From Lama glama (Eukaryota), in assembly GCA_028534125.1 (NCBI GenBank), contig CM052816.1:93002001-93066000 (forward strand): 64,000 bases of DNA, given 5' to 3'. The notes below the pieces were generated by a model that saw only the letters and a program-made list of their open reading frames with translations, had not been told where the DNA came from and searched no databases. The translations under genes were made by a program, and so were the position numbers. Of this stretch, positions 51,236 to 64,000 are shown piece by piece. How positions within the stretch are numbered: the first letter of the stretch is position 1; each line of letters opens with the position of its first letter.

Positions 51236-52869
51236 CCCTGCCCTGCGGTCATCTGTCTCGAGACAAGGACGGGTAGAAAACGAAAGCGCAACAGATTTGT
51301 GGTAGGGACTGCCACCCGCGTCTGCCGCATCTTTGATGGTGGCACTGCTTTCTGTTTTCAGAGGGAGAGGGGTTTCCAGAGACTCCATACCTGGAAAGAT
51401 GGAGGGTCCTGCCGTTGGCCAAGGTTATCTGTTCTGATTCTTCCCTTAGGCATCGTGGAAGTGACTACAGGATGAGTTCACATGTCCACTGGGTCTCTGC
51501 GAGAGTGACTTGGAGTCAAACACTGTTTATCCCTAACCCCATCCTCCCCCGCTTTGGCTGGTGGCCCACGATGGCGTGCTCTTGGCTGGCTCAGAGCTGC
51601 AGTCACGGATTTCCGAGGGCCCAGGCATCTCCTTTCCCTGGGGCACAGTCACCCTGCCCAGTGGCTGCCACCCGACAGCCCTGTATTCTCCATGCTCCCC
51701 ATAATTGTTAACTGCAGGAGACCTTGGGGTTTCTGGGGCCGCGGCCTTTAATGTCACTTCATCCCAGACCACCACAAGTGACGGTTTAAGTAGCTGCTTT
51801 GCCACTGGGTGCCATGACTATTAGTGTCCCATCTGGATACAAGTCAGGTGGCCAAGCTCAGATCCACATTCCTGTGAGGAGCTGTTTCCTGGGTTTGTTG
51901 TGAAAAATGTCCTGTGCCTTGTCCATTTGGTAAGTCCCTACTTTTTGCTTCCAGTTTTCTTAGGACTCACCTTAGGAAACTTCCCCCAGCATCACCCTGC
52001 CCTCCATCGTTACATCCTTCCATTCTTGCGCACGTCCCAGTGCAGTGTGACCATGTGTTCAGATGACTCTCCCCCTCTGCTAGAACGAGCCCTTCAAACA
52101 TTTATTGTTGGGAGCATATTAATAATATTTAACAACCTGTACATGAGTGAAAATCAATATATAAATCAATATGTAAATCAGGCTTTTTAATACACTCCCT
52201 TTTATTGCTAGAGAAAATAAGCTATATTATTAAACAACTAACAAAGTCTTATAGCACATGTCAGTTTGAAATACACCCCTGGTCTAAGGCATTATTTGAT
52301 ATATAGAATTCCATCAACCTCTTCCAGCAAATCTCCCCCATTAATCTGACACTCATTAGGTGCCATAGTCTTGGAGAATTTCTCTTTGATAAAAGCTATA
52401 TCGTTCATGGGGCTGGATAGTCACCAGGTTTCTACTGAATTAATGGCAAATATATTCAAAATTTTCCTAGCTTTCCTAATACTGAAATTTTTACATATTC
52501 AGAATTCCACTCACAATTTCTGTTTTTGTTTTTAAAATATCACCACGAAATCACGGATCTTGCGTATCTTCTGCTTCAACTCCTTGCAGCCATGATTGTT
52601 TTTACTGGTTACTTTTCTTCTTTGGCCCATGGGAGACATTGGTTCCCCTCCCTCAGCTCACACACGGAATCCCACTGATTCCTGACGCTCCGTGTTCGCC
52701 CTCTGCTCACTTTGTACCTTCTCCTTGGGGGAACTCATTTACATCACTGTCTCTTTCGTGCTGATGGCTCACATCCGTATCATTAAGCCCCCTCCTTTTT
52801 CCCGGAGATACAGATTTACAGTTCCAGCTTTTCTTCTGGAACATTTCCACATGAGTATTTTGTAGAGAC

Positions 52870-53083
52870 CTCAGAAGGGGGCTCTTGGGGCCTGACCACG
52901 TAGATCCTGTTGGTAATTTTCTATTCGTTGACTCTTGACTCTTGGCTATAAACTGCCAGCTGCCCCTGCTGTATTTGGAGTTAAGCTCAGTTCTATACTG
53001 AAATCTTGCTTCCTTACTGCAGTAGCTTGAAGAAAATCTGTCTTAACTTTTTTAACAAGTGTCCATTGCAGTCTCTCTTAACA
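52870..53083 (+). mobile_element. ERV1 LTR 3' part (MER31/MER67-like)
   Basis: cttggctataaa...gtatttggagttaagctcagttct...ttaacaagtgtc...ttaaca. Confidence 0.55.
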
Positions 53084-53811
53084 CCTGTGTTTGTAAGAGC
53101 ATATTCCTGTTCCTTGAAATCCAAAAAGAATCTTAAAAAACACAGAAGCGTTCTATAATATTAAAATGTAAACATATTAAATGTTTTATTAGAAACGAAT
53201 TGCTTTCTAAGGTATCAAAACTTGATTTTTTCCCTGTTTCTTGGAGTCACTTTCTTCTTTTGTGAAAAATTTCAATGATGACATCCGAATGAGAGTATTA
53301 TTTGATTTTCTAACATTCAGTTTACCCAGGAATTCAGGTGCTTATTTCTTATACAAAAGAGTCTACACACAGTGACATGCTTTGAATTCAAAGGAAAACA
53401 TAAACTGAAGCAAATAAAATAAACATTACAGGCTTTAAGGACTGAGTTCTCTATAGAGGAGTACTCAGGGTCAGGAGATGGTGTCAATCAGGGCGCCCTT
53501 CTTGGAGGAGGTAAGTTGTGAGTCAGATGGCAAAGTAGTTGAGAGCCAGCGACTAGTAGGAAGAATGGGAGAAGCAACCTAAAAATAGAACTTACAACGC
53601 TCCGTTATGAACATGGAAGCCTTTATCCGCAGGCTTTGGACAAGTCACTTCACTTTTCTGACTGTTTTTTCCCCCTCTGAGCACTTATTTTCTACTTGGA
53701 CCTTCGTATTTCACTGTAGCGTGAAGAGGGTCCAGATCTGGGGGTTCCTTTCCTGGAGAGGGGGATGAGAAATCTTGAGAGAGTTCCAGAAAGGGGAGCT
53801 GAGAACCAGTT

Positions 53812-54011
53812 AAAGACTGACTGGTATATATAGAGAAACAAGTTTATACTGTATGGCACAGGAAAATGTAGTCAATATCTTACAGTAGCTCACGGTGGAA
53901 AAGAATATAAAAATGAGTATATGTGTATTTGTATGTGACTGAAGAATTGTGCTGTACACCAGCCATTGACACAACATTGTAAAGTGACTATAATTCAATA
54001 TGAAAAAAAAA
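53812..54011 (+). mobile_element. Young L1 3' end
   Basis: aaacaagtttatactgtatggcacagg...gacacaacattgtaaagtgactataattcaat + poly(A). Confidence 0.88.
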
Positions 54012-54799
54012 GAATGAATAAGGAGTCCTTGGGTGGTGAGACCACCTCCAGTTCTCCCCTGTTCTCTCTGCCCTGGACTCACCTTTGTGCCCCATCTCTT
54101 CTCTCCAAGACTCCGAGGACTTGTGGGCTCTGGGCTGGTCCTGAAAGACCAGGAGCACCCCTCTCCCGAAGCTGGCTGCCCTGCGTTCACAGGACACTGG
54201 GAGTGAATGCTCTCTCCCCTCTCTCTGCTGTTCAGTCCTCTTGAGTCTTTAGTGGGATTTATTATGTTCCAAAGGATCTGCATTTGTGGTTTGGAGTTCT
54301 GCAAGGATCCAATAGCAATTTAAAAGAACTTTTTCTAAACTTTAAAGCAGTTGAAAGACATAAAATTCCTTCCTGATTAATTTCCAATTTACATTATTGT
54401 TAGAGATTGTGCCTTGTGTGGTTTTTGTGTTCTAATAAATGATTAATTTTTGTTGATTGTCTACAGCACTTTAAAAGAATAATATTATTTGGGGAATATA
54501 AGGTTTAATGTATTTAATGTATTAAAACGTTCTATTAGAACATCATTTTATTATGGTCTTTCTGTTAATGTTGCCTGTATTTCTAGCGGGTTTTGCTTAC
54601 TTAATTTTAGGACTTTTTCAGTACACAGCTACCATAAACTCATAGTGGATTTTACCCTTTATAAAAATCAAATGCTTGCCTTGGGCCAAATCTTTAAGGC
54701 TTTTGTTGTTAGTTCTACTTTATTGACAGTAGTATTGAAGCAGCTATGTATTTTCTGTATGTGTGCTGTGTCTTCATCCAGTCTCAAAAAGAGATTGCA

Positions 54800-55515
54800 A
54801 ATCAATAGATAGAAAATCACCAGGAGAAAAAGGGAAAGGAACATGAACAGGAAATTCACTTAAACTCCCCCCACCCCTGCCAGATGTCCAATAAACACGT
54901 AAGAAATGTTGAGTTTCACTGCTGTCGAAGACTTGGCAAATGAAACTAGCAATGGGGTAACAGAGACTTAACCATTCCCTGTCTCTCATGCAGACAGAGA
55001 TGTAGCAAAATTAACTAAGTTTCTCATGGGAACCAATGCATATAATTTTTAGGGAATAATTTTTTCTAATTATTTAGTGAAATAAATAAGCAGAGACCCA
55101 TACAAGGATTTTCCCACAGAGATGTTCATTGTAGTATTGTTTACAACAGTAAAAAATTGGAACAAATCTAAAAGTTAAAAAAAGTATTGCCTAAACAAAT
55201 GAAGACCTGTCGGATCAATACAATATGTAGCCATTAAATCGTATTTTAAAGACTATTCAGTAACATGAGAAAATTTTCATAATACCCTGTAAACTAAAAA
55301 TACAGGTGCACACATGCATATACACATATACATATATGTGTATGTATGTGTATATATACATATAAAAATACTTTTTTTTTTTAAAGAAAGGAGAGATGGG
55401 AACCAGTGCATTTGTCAAAGAATGCAGGCTGTTAGTCATGCTCAGATTATGGTGATACTCACTTTTTTTTTTACATTTTTCACAGTAAGTGTGCACCATT
55501 TTTATAATAAATAAG
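54800..55515 (+). mobile_element. Ancient L1 (L1ME-like) remnant
   Basis: gatgttcattgtagtattgtttacaacagtaaaaaattggaacaaatctaaa, a degenerate ORF2 3' end. Confidence 0.6.
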
Positions 55516-55532
55516 CATCAAAGCTGTATTTA

Positions 55533-55770
55533 TTTATTTTAACATTTTTTATTGAGTTATAATCATTTTACAACGTTGTGTCAAATTCCAGTGTAGAGCA
55601 CAATTTTTCAGTTATACATGAACATACATATATTCATTGTCAATTTTTTTTTCACTGTGAGCTACCACAAGATCTTGTATATATTTCCCTGTGCTATATA
55701 GTATAATCTTGTTTATCTGTTCTACATTTTGAAATCCCAGTCTGTCCCTTCCCACCTCCCGCCCCCCCCC
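55533..55770 (-). mobile_element. Young L1 3' end
   Basis: Perfect 15-bp TSD TCAAAGCTGTATTTA at 55518-55532 and 55771-55785. Confidence 0.92.
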
Positions 55771-55984
55771 TCAAAGCTGTATTTAAAAACATTAGTATTA
55801 GAAGTGTTTAAAGGAGGGTAAGGGGTTTAAATGAGGATGGTATTACATTTTATGTAAGTGAAAATGATCCAAATCATTCAAGGTGAACTCACTAAGTTTC
55901 TGGACCAATATTGTGATCACCATATGAATGTATTTGCATGGTTTTCTTCTTGAGAGATTGATATCAAAATTTTTGCCTCTTCAG

Positions 55985-56118
55985 TGTGCTGTCTCCCGGG
56001 CGGTCAGGTCTGCTTTGTCACTGGTAATCACTTCATCATCTTGTTTAGCTCATATGATGTAGATAGGCAAAGTTTCTAAGTTGGGAATTTTTGAAAGGGA
56101 AACAGTTTGAACATAAAG
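55985..56118 (+). other. Probable 134-nt internal 5'UTR exon of the CpG-island gene
   Basis: Branch-like TTGAT ~25 nt upstream, acceptor tttttgcctcttcag|, perfect donor AAG|GTAAGT; stops in all three frames. Confidence 0.6.
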
Positions 56119-56325
56119 GTAAGTTACTTTTGGTTTAGAATTTTAAACGAGGATACTTTGGCTTCTCTTCCATTAAAGCAGTCACTCATTTGCCCATCAT
56201 TTGCCCACCTGTCTTTGAGACAGTAATGTAGATTACTGATAGCCTTTGATGTTCTTATGAAACATGGGTCTGAGTTCTGCATTTCCTTAGTTCTTGCGGC
56301 AATGGGTTTGGGTGAATTATACTTC

Positions 56326-56344
56326 CAGCCGCTAGATGGCAGCT
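56326..56344 (+). promoter_or_regulatory. CTCF motif
   Basis: CAGCCGCTAGATGGCAGCT fits the CCDSYAGRKGGCRS core. Confidence 0.6.
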
Positions 56345-57276
56345 AACCTCCACTAGTAGCCGTTTCCAACCCCCCCACCCCCTTTTCAGAGTTTAGATTG
56401 CATCATCTAATGTTCTGTGCCTGAAAAGAAAAAAGAAAAGAACCCAACATGTGGTATCTCTGGATTAATCTCATTTTATTAACCTCCGAATATAAGATTT
56501 TATAGGGCATGCGATTGAAATGCTGTAAATCTTGTAACTGGAATTCGGAGGATTTCTTTTTGAAAAGAAAAGAAAAAAGTCTGATAAGCCAAAGCCTGTT
56601 GATCGCAGGCACGATGCTCCCTTCATGCGTCTACTGATCGATTGTTAATAGTAGAGCTTTACCAACTTGACATTCCTGTGGTACAAACACTACTGCTACA
56701 ACAATTCCCTGTAAGGAAAGTATTTGTAAACCTTAGCTGATGGCTCTGAGCGATGGTAAGTTGATGCTTAGTGTATTGAAATTCACTCTAATAAATAATT
56801 CAGCTCACAAAATTCTGAATTGCAGTTCTATCGCATTTGATAATCATTCAGTAGAATGATAATAAAAAAAAGAGTACCTGCTTGTATATTTCCATGCAAG
56901 AAAACGTCTAAGAGCTGATTGTGATATAAACCTCTAGCTCCAGTCTGGGTTAGTTGAGGAAAGTAGAAATGCAGAATAAATAAGTATACCCCCTCTGTTT
57001 AACATAAGCACAGAGGAGGAAAAGTGACTCTTACAGGAGGGGCTGGAATCTGCCTTTCACATTTTTCAATGATTCTACTGCAACCCCAAACACCACTATC
57101 ACCACCGACACAACAAATTAAAAAAGAAAAACAACAACAAGAATGAGAACAATGATGGCATGAAAAACAACACCTTTAAGAGAGTTAGAAAAATAGAGTT
57201 ACTACTTAACAGAAAGAAACATCGTTTTTGGTTTATTACTATATGCAGTATAGGTTAATTAAAAAATTATCACTTA

Positions 57277-57998
57277 TGATGTGGGAATGTAAACTGGTGC
57301 AGCCACTATGGAGGGCAGCATGGAAGTTCCTTAAAAAACTAAAAATAAAGTTACCATATGATCCAGCAGTCCCACTCCTGGGCATATGTCCAGAGAAAAC
57401 TCTAATTTGAAAGGATACATGCATCTCAGTGTTGAAAGCAGCACTGTTTACAATAGCCAAGACATAGAAGCAACCTAAATGTCCACTGACAGATGAATGG
57501 ACAAAGAAGGTGTGATACACACACACACACACACATGCACACACAATGGAGTACTACTCAGCCATAAAAAAGAATGAAATAATGCTATTTACAGCAACAT
57601 GAATGGACCTAGAGATTACCATATTAAATGAAGTAAGTAAGACAAAGACAAGTATCATATGGTATCACTTATATGCATATGTAGAGTCTAAAAAAATGTG
57701 ATACAAATGAACTTATTTACAAGTCAGAAATAGACACACTGATGTAGAAAACAAATTTATGGTTACCAAAGGGGAAAGAGGGGGAGGCATAAATTAGGAG
57801 TTTGGGATTAACACATACACACTACTATATATAAAATAGGTAAGCAACAAGGACTTAACTGTATAGCACAGGGAACTATATTCAATATCTTGTGCTAACC
57901 TATAATAGAAAATAACCTGAAAAGTTATATATGTAACTGAATCACTTTGCTGTACACCAGAACCTAACACAACATTGTAAATCTCCTTCAATAACAAA
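57277..57998 (+). mobile_element. L1 3' region with ORF2 C-terminal remnant
   Basis: WECKLVQPLWRAAWKFLKKLKIKLPYDPAVPLLGICP is L1 ORF2p; an L1 3'UTR follows. Confidence 0.92.
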
Positions 57999-59460
57999 AT
58001 GATCACATGTTGTGTGTCAGATGCAGTACTAATAATAATATTCAAAATCCTTGTTTTAAAAACATTCTAGTACAAATAATTATATTTCTGAAATATAATG
58101 ATTATTTAGCATGAAACTATTAGAATCAAGGAATGAGCAATAGCATTTCAGAGGAGGGAAGCCTGAGATTCAGGAAGGACTCCACAGAGGAAGGAACACG
58201 AGGACACATCCCTGACACATGAATGGGACTTTGACCTGCACAGAAGGAGGGAAGTGTGTTTCAGACAGATTCTGGAGGTTACATCTGGAGAAGAGCATGG
58301 ACCCCCACTGGCAGGAGTGGACGATGGATGATGTCCTTGCACAAGGTGGAGGTCTGCAGGAAAGGGCAGGAAGTGGCTTGAAGCTCTTTTCTCTCTTCAT
58401 TGTTGCATATTTTTGGCCAGGACCTCCCCTCCCCGAGTCTTGCTTTTCCATACATATCAGAATAAAATTTTAACATTGAATAAGAGTTTTGACCTGGTTT
58501 AATGAGATTTCATCTCTACAAGAGTTGAATGGAACTAATTAGAGAAAAATAAAGCCAGATAGACTGCTTACCACTTGGAAAACTTCCTGCAGGACAAACT
58601 TTTGTGACTTAGAGATGTTTTCCATTTCATTAATTTTCTTAAAAAGAAAAAGGAGAAATGTAATTCCCAAATGAAGATCATAGTTTGGAGAAAAATTGCC
58701 TTCAGCTATAGTTCTTTTAGTCATAATTGCCTCACATTTTCTCTTAGGAGGTTGTGGCTTTCAGCTTTGTGTATTTTCTGGATTTGAAAAGCAATAGATT
58801 TTCTCCCATTGCTCTACATCACTCAGTGAATTAACACCTTCAGTTTTTGTTTTTCTATGCTTTGTTGTTCTAATGGAATAATCAGTTGGGCGCCCCTGGT
58901 TTTCTTCCTTCCATTGTTTGGCTGGGAAACCCACTTGCCAAAGTAATGCTCCAGTGGTCTGCCTCTGTCTTCAGGCTGACGGTGTGACCCTGATTTGTTT
59001 CAAAATGATGCTCAGGAGTGGCAAGAAGATCAGTGATGACGTGAAAGAGAACACATGGGATTTGGCTGAGAGATGATTCTCCTTTGGGCTTTGGAATAAG
59101 AAGGGAGGGAGACTGAAGCAGATTGCGGAGGGGGGTTAAGGGAGACTGAGGAAGAACCAGGTGTAGAAGGTGGAACGGACCTTGCTCAGCAGGTGGCAGT
59201 GCTATGAATGCCGGGCTGATTTTATGGGGAACAGGCAGACGCTGTCCTCCTTCTAGAATTTTCTGTTGGAGCAGATGCAAATGTTAACACTTTGCTTTGG
59301 GAAAAGGGAAGGAGGAAAATGGAAAAGCAGAGAGAACATGTTTTCTCCTGGCCTGCTCTAGCTCCCTTTCAGAACACTCCCTGCTGGAACATGTTTTTCC
59401 TTTATTTTATGAAAGGAAAATGGTACAGACTTTTTTTAGCTCTGTACTTTTCCCCTTAGG

Positions 59461-59616
59461 TTTTTTTTTTCTTTCTTTCTTTCCTTTTTTTTTTTTAATG
59501 CTTGGGGGATAGGTAATTAGGCTTCTTTATTTATTTTTAATGGAGGTACTGGGGATTGAACCCAGGACCTCATGCATGCTAAGCAGCTCACTCCACCACT
59601 GAGCTATACCCTCCCC
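59461..59616 (-). mobile_element. Camelid tRNA-derived SINE
   Basis: ggaggtactggggattgaacccaggacctcatgcatgctaagc...gagctataccctcccc with a T-rich tail. Confidence 0.9.
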
Positions 59617-60534
59617 CTAATTTTTCCCTTAGTTTTTAGGTGTACTGTTGCTCCCACTGCAGTTGAGTAATTTAGACTAATTTCAAAGCTGAGTTTTATA
59701 AAAAGTTCTTTTCTAAATCTTTTCAACCTTACTGCATATTAGGGGTATATTTTACATACATTGACTCATGATCTTGATACAGCAGCATAAATTCCAATAT
59801 ACTTTGATAGGGTCTTACAATTTAGTGCCTTATCACTGGCTAATTCAGGTTGTATCTCCTTTGCTAGATTATGAACTCTTTGTATCTTATACTTGAATAA
59901 CATTGTGTTGGGTGTATCATAGAAGCTCAAAAAACGGTTGACTTCGATGAGATTAATGAGCTATACTAAAACGTTCTCTTAAAATGTATAACAGTTTTTC
60001 TTAACTCACACCTAAAATATGGAATTAATTTCCTTACCACCTGGGACAGGGGTTACACAATCCAAAGAAAGGGTCTTTCTTTGCATCTTCGGTTCCTATT
60101 AAACAGGAACCATCCCACGTTTTGGATGATGTCCTGTTTGAAAGTTAAAACAGTTGAAAGAAATTGTTCAGATTAATTTCACGTCAGACACTAAGTCACC
60201 AGGCAAGGGCTGCATTTTCACAAACCTTGCCTTATCCTGGGCTTCACGTTTTCGTACCTGGACCATTTATGCCCCCATAATAATGGCACTTAATTCAATC
60301 AATGGAAGTTAGTTTGTGTAATTAATTGTGCCATTTCCTTGGCTGTTTGAATCTGTCTAGGGGGCTACCCTTAAATACAAGGCCCAATGTTCACTGTTTT
60401 CAGTGGAAGAGTTAATAACAGATGGAAAGTCAGGAAGCTTGCAATTAAGAAGCAGGAATGAGATGTTGCATTATAGAGCACTGTGAAATGTACTTATGAT
60501 AGGAAATGTATGTGTATCTATTAGTATACATAAA

Positions 60535-60620
60535 TATTTTTTAATGGCGGTACTGGGGATTGAACTCAGGACCTTGTGCATACTAAGCATGTATTCTACC
60601 ACTGAGCTATATCCATCCCC
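60535..60620 (-). mobile_element. Camelid tRNA-derived SINE (short)
   Basis: ggtactggggattgaactcaggacc...taccactgagctatatccatcccc. Confidence 0.85.
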
Positions 60621-63600
60621 TCTCTGTTAATATTAATTGGGTGTCCTTTTATCCCTGCTCTGTCAGGAAAGTTGTGGTGCTGGTTTTGGTAAGAAGTAAG
60701 CATGGAAACTCATCTTAAAGAAGCTTTGAAAGAACATTCGGTCTGCGTAGTGTTTATATAATTTAGTTTTGTTAGCAATAAAATGAATTTATTCTTTATG
60801 TATGCAGTAGCAGAGTTCATGTTTGCTCACTGAAATGATACTTTTGCACTTTTGCTATTAAAGGAAACAGCAGCGTTTGAGATTTGTCTTATGAAATCTA
60901 TAGGTAGTAATGACATTTATTACAAGTTATGTTATGGTCTGTAAGAAAGGTGAAGTATAGAAGACACTAACAGGTAAATAAATTGGGTTATTTTTGTCTT
61001 CTTTGGCAGAATAAATTGTGCTCTGTTGGTAGCAGAGTACTCATTTTCGACTGTAGGTTGTTTGGGGTTTAAAGACCTAATTAACTCCTGGATGAGGTTA
61101 TAAATGGAACCGTTCTTCATTCACTTAATAAGCAGCACAAATATAGCTGTGGTACAGACCGATCCATCGCAGACCTCTAAGAGTCTGCAGTGGTCTTGGT
61201 GGAGGTCAGAGGTCACCAAAAGCAAGGCATCTGAGTCTCCCCTTGAACTCTGGTCTTCTGTCGACTCCTTTCTTCATGAAGTGATCAAATCATTCTTGGC
61301 CCTGGGACACATCTTCCTTTAATGTCTCCCCAAGCCTTTCCTTAAAGCTTTTCAAAGAGAGACAAAACTTTCTTTCCAGAAATTACCACTTGGCTTCAGA
61401 TAAATGGATTTTCTGTATCTGATCACATTCTTTTTCCCCCCCTTTTTCAGTTTTATTAGGTAGAATTATTGCAGTTTGATGGCACATATACATTATATTT
61501 GATCACATTCTTATAATCAAAAGATTTTCTGTCTCATGGATCAGTGCATCTCAATTTACTGCCAGACCCCTTGGCGTGGGTGTGAGTGCTGACCGTTGGT
61601 GTTTATAAATATGTCTTGATTATTTCCATGGGCTTGTATTTATTTATGATAAATATCCTATTAAATGAGGATTTGCAGAGTCAAGCTATCATACATTGGG
61701 AAGTTCTCCATGATGGTGGCCAGTTAATGTGCTTTTGATATTTGAAGCCCTGGGATGTGCTATTTTTTTTATTGCTTTTAGAAGAGGTCTCTTGAGTGAA
61801 TCAACTGATAATCCCTAATATTAGGATTTGATTTTGCATCAGATGATGTTTGACTTACTTTATTCTCTGAAAAAAAGGAACAAGATTTTGGGATGACCAT
61901 TTTTTTGATATTTTAGCACCAGAGGAAAGCACTAGATGCAGGATTAAGTGAGAATTTTTATGTTTGCTGGTGAACCTGACTCTACATTTTTCTTCCCCTG
62001 TTGAACAAAACAAGCACAACTGTGACAACAGCTGGTGGCCCTCAAAGTGATGCTCCCATGACCCTTGGGCCCCCATCCTCATTTCTGCAGCTGGAGTCTT
62101 GGGTTCCTGCAGGCTGTGTGTGTCTGCTGGTGAGTCAGCAGGAGTGGGTGCCTGTGAGCTGAGGGGTTTCTCAGTGTTATTCACTGGTTCTCGACGTCTT
62201 CAATGCCAGAGACCAGATCTTGGGATGGGCAGTGACTTATGCAATGAAATATATTTTTCTCCTATGTAAATACCTGATAAACTAAATCAGAAACCAAAAA
62301 GAGGGAATATGAGCTGAAGTTTCTGTTGCTTTACATTTGGGAAAATGATCACGGCTTGGTGCCTTAGAACGCCCATGTGAGGAACGATAGCAAATAAAAG
62401 GCAACTTGAAGGTGAAGATCATTTGTGTCTGCTGCTTTCACAAAGCAAGAATGATTGCATCAATGAGGGTTCTCTTCATATCTCTCTACTTAATACTGGC
62501 CATATATTTGTTTGGACCTCCGATTTCTCAAAGGACACATCATTAAGCCACGGGATCATTTCCAAGTTGCTGCTTATCCTTTAGATTCTAACTACAGACA
62601 AGATTCTAATTAGAGAAGTGTTATTTTTCTCACTTGTGTGAAATGATGCTAAAATTTTGGTCTTAAACAAGGAATAACTGGGATAACTGAGGTTGGCAAT
62701 ATAGTCTGGAAAGGATTAACATGAAAAATTATAACCATGCTAAGCTGCGACCCCAAAGCAGGATGTGAGAAGGGCTTACTACCACGAACTCTGTCATTTG
62801 CACCTATGATTTGATATCCATATATTCATTCAGAGCATCTGAGGTTGTGTTTAGGTTTGGGAAGGGAATCTTATAAAGCACCATAGTTTTATACACAGAG
62901 AACAAGCATTATGGTCCAGAGAGCATCATTTGTTCAAGATTGGGCATCTAGAATGGGAAAAAAATTTCCATGGGGAAAACAATATTGTCAAAGATGTCAC
63001 AGAGCTGCAGCATTAAAGTGATCAACCTCATTCCAGATGTTATCATAATTCTTCCAGTGTTTCGTATGCCATGTGGTAAGACTGGCTGGGTAGAATTCAT
63101 GTTGAGACGATGTTTCAGTTACTTTAAGCACGCTGTGTGCGTGGGATCCAAGTGGCAGGGATCACTCACTTAGCTCATGCATCTTGTTTGGAGCTGGACG
63201 GTGCCTGTAAGGTCACCTGGCCACCTACTTCATGGGCCAGTGTGGCTGGTGGTTTATCAACGTCACATGACCAACCCGTTTATGGGAGTCAGGATCAGAA
63301 ACGTGGCTTCCCAAAGCCAGGACAACACTGTTTCTATGGAGATTCGTGGAGGTGGAACCAGGAAGAAGACAAGGAGAGAATTCGGGGTGGGGGGTTCCTG
63401 AGGTTTTCTTGCTGTATGTGTAACCTGCTCTCAGTGCCCCAAATTCCTAATTCGTACACTGTCCACTTGAAAGGTACTATACAAAATAACATCTGGAATG
63501 TGCATTTAGCATTGAGCATCTCTCTTCCAGTCTTTGCCTGCAGAACTTAGACGTTCTGCTTAGGGTAGGCTATACTCTGAATGCGCCTGCTTTCTGTATC

Positions 63601-64000
63601 CCCCTCTGAGATTTCACCTGTGTTTCCTTCTTCTGCTCTTGAATTTTTACGCATGAGGCATCAAGAAACCTATGCATCTTTTTAAAGCATTTGTTGTACA
63701 ATTTCAACTCATGGAAATGGCAAAAAATCAACAAACCACATCACTTCATTTGAAGCTTTTAAAATCATTCTTTTTTTGAGGGGAGGCAGCTCAAATAATT
63801 ATTGAATCAATGTATGATTGGTTCATTTTCTTTTGTTTATGAGTTTTTTCTTTATATTATGAAATTAGAAATAAAGAAAAAGGTATTGGATTTTTTGGTC
63901 TTGTGTATATTGACCTTCATGGTTTCAGGATGAAAAGACCAGTAGGAAAAGTAAAGAATCAGAGCTTTATTCAGATTTCGTTAGTCACGTAGTCTCCAGC

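Noticed and set aside
59334..59396. Two GAACATGTTT p53-type half-sites
   Set aside because: Separated by more than 40 bp; a canonical response element needs a 0-13 bp spacer.
1..64000. CRISPR array, operon or prokaryotic defence system
   Set aside because: The sequence is mammalian intergenic/intronic DNA with no regularly spaced repeat-spacer array and no dense long ORFs.

Overview
This is mammalian genomic DNA, most likely from a camelid (camel/alpaca/llama), judged from seven tRNA-derived Vic-1-type SINEs and young L1 3' ends with target-site duplications (TSDs). Much of the window is interspersed repeat: L1, L2, MIR, MaLR/ERVL/ERV1 LTRs, and hAT and mariner DNA transposons. There is one 500-N assembly gap whose flanks overlap by 54 bp. 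The main non-repeat landmark is a CpG-island promoter at ~27.9-28.7 kb with a near-perfect RFX X-box, an inverted CCAAT box, an NRF1 palindrome and several + strand splice donors. It probably starts a + strand gene whose long first intron(s) run off the right edge. A strong 134-nt exon closed in all three frames lies at 55985-56118, consistent with a 5'UTR exon. I could not identify the gene and found no convincing protein-coding exon; the listed ORFs are chance, GC-island, repeat-derived or gap artefacts. I see no clear undescribed biological system. The best second-look items are a tail-less 33-nt U2 snRNA retro-fragment inside an L1/SINE insertion cluster, candidate spliced uORFs, two antisense solo ERV LTRs, a divergent CTCF motif pair and a candidate antisense 18-nt microexon. 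Repeat family names come from recalled consensus sequences, and boundaries without TSDs are approximate.
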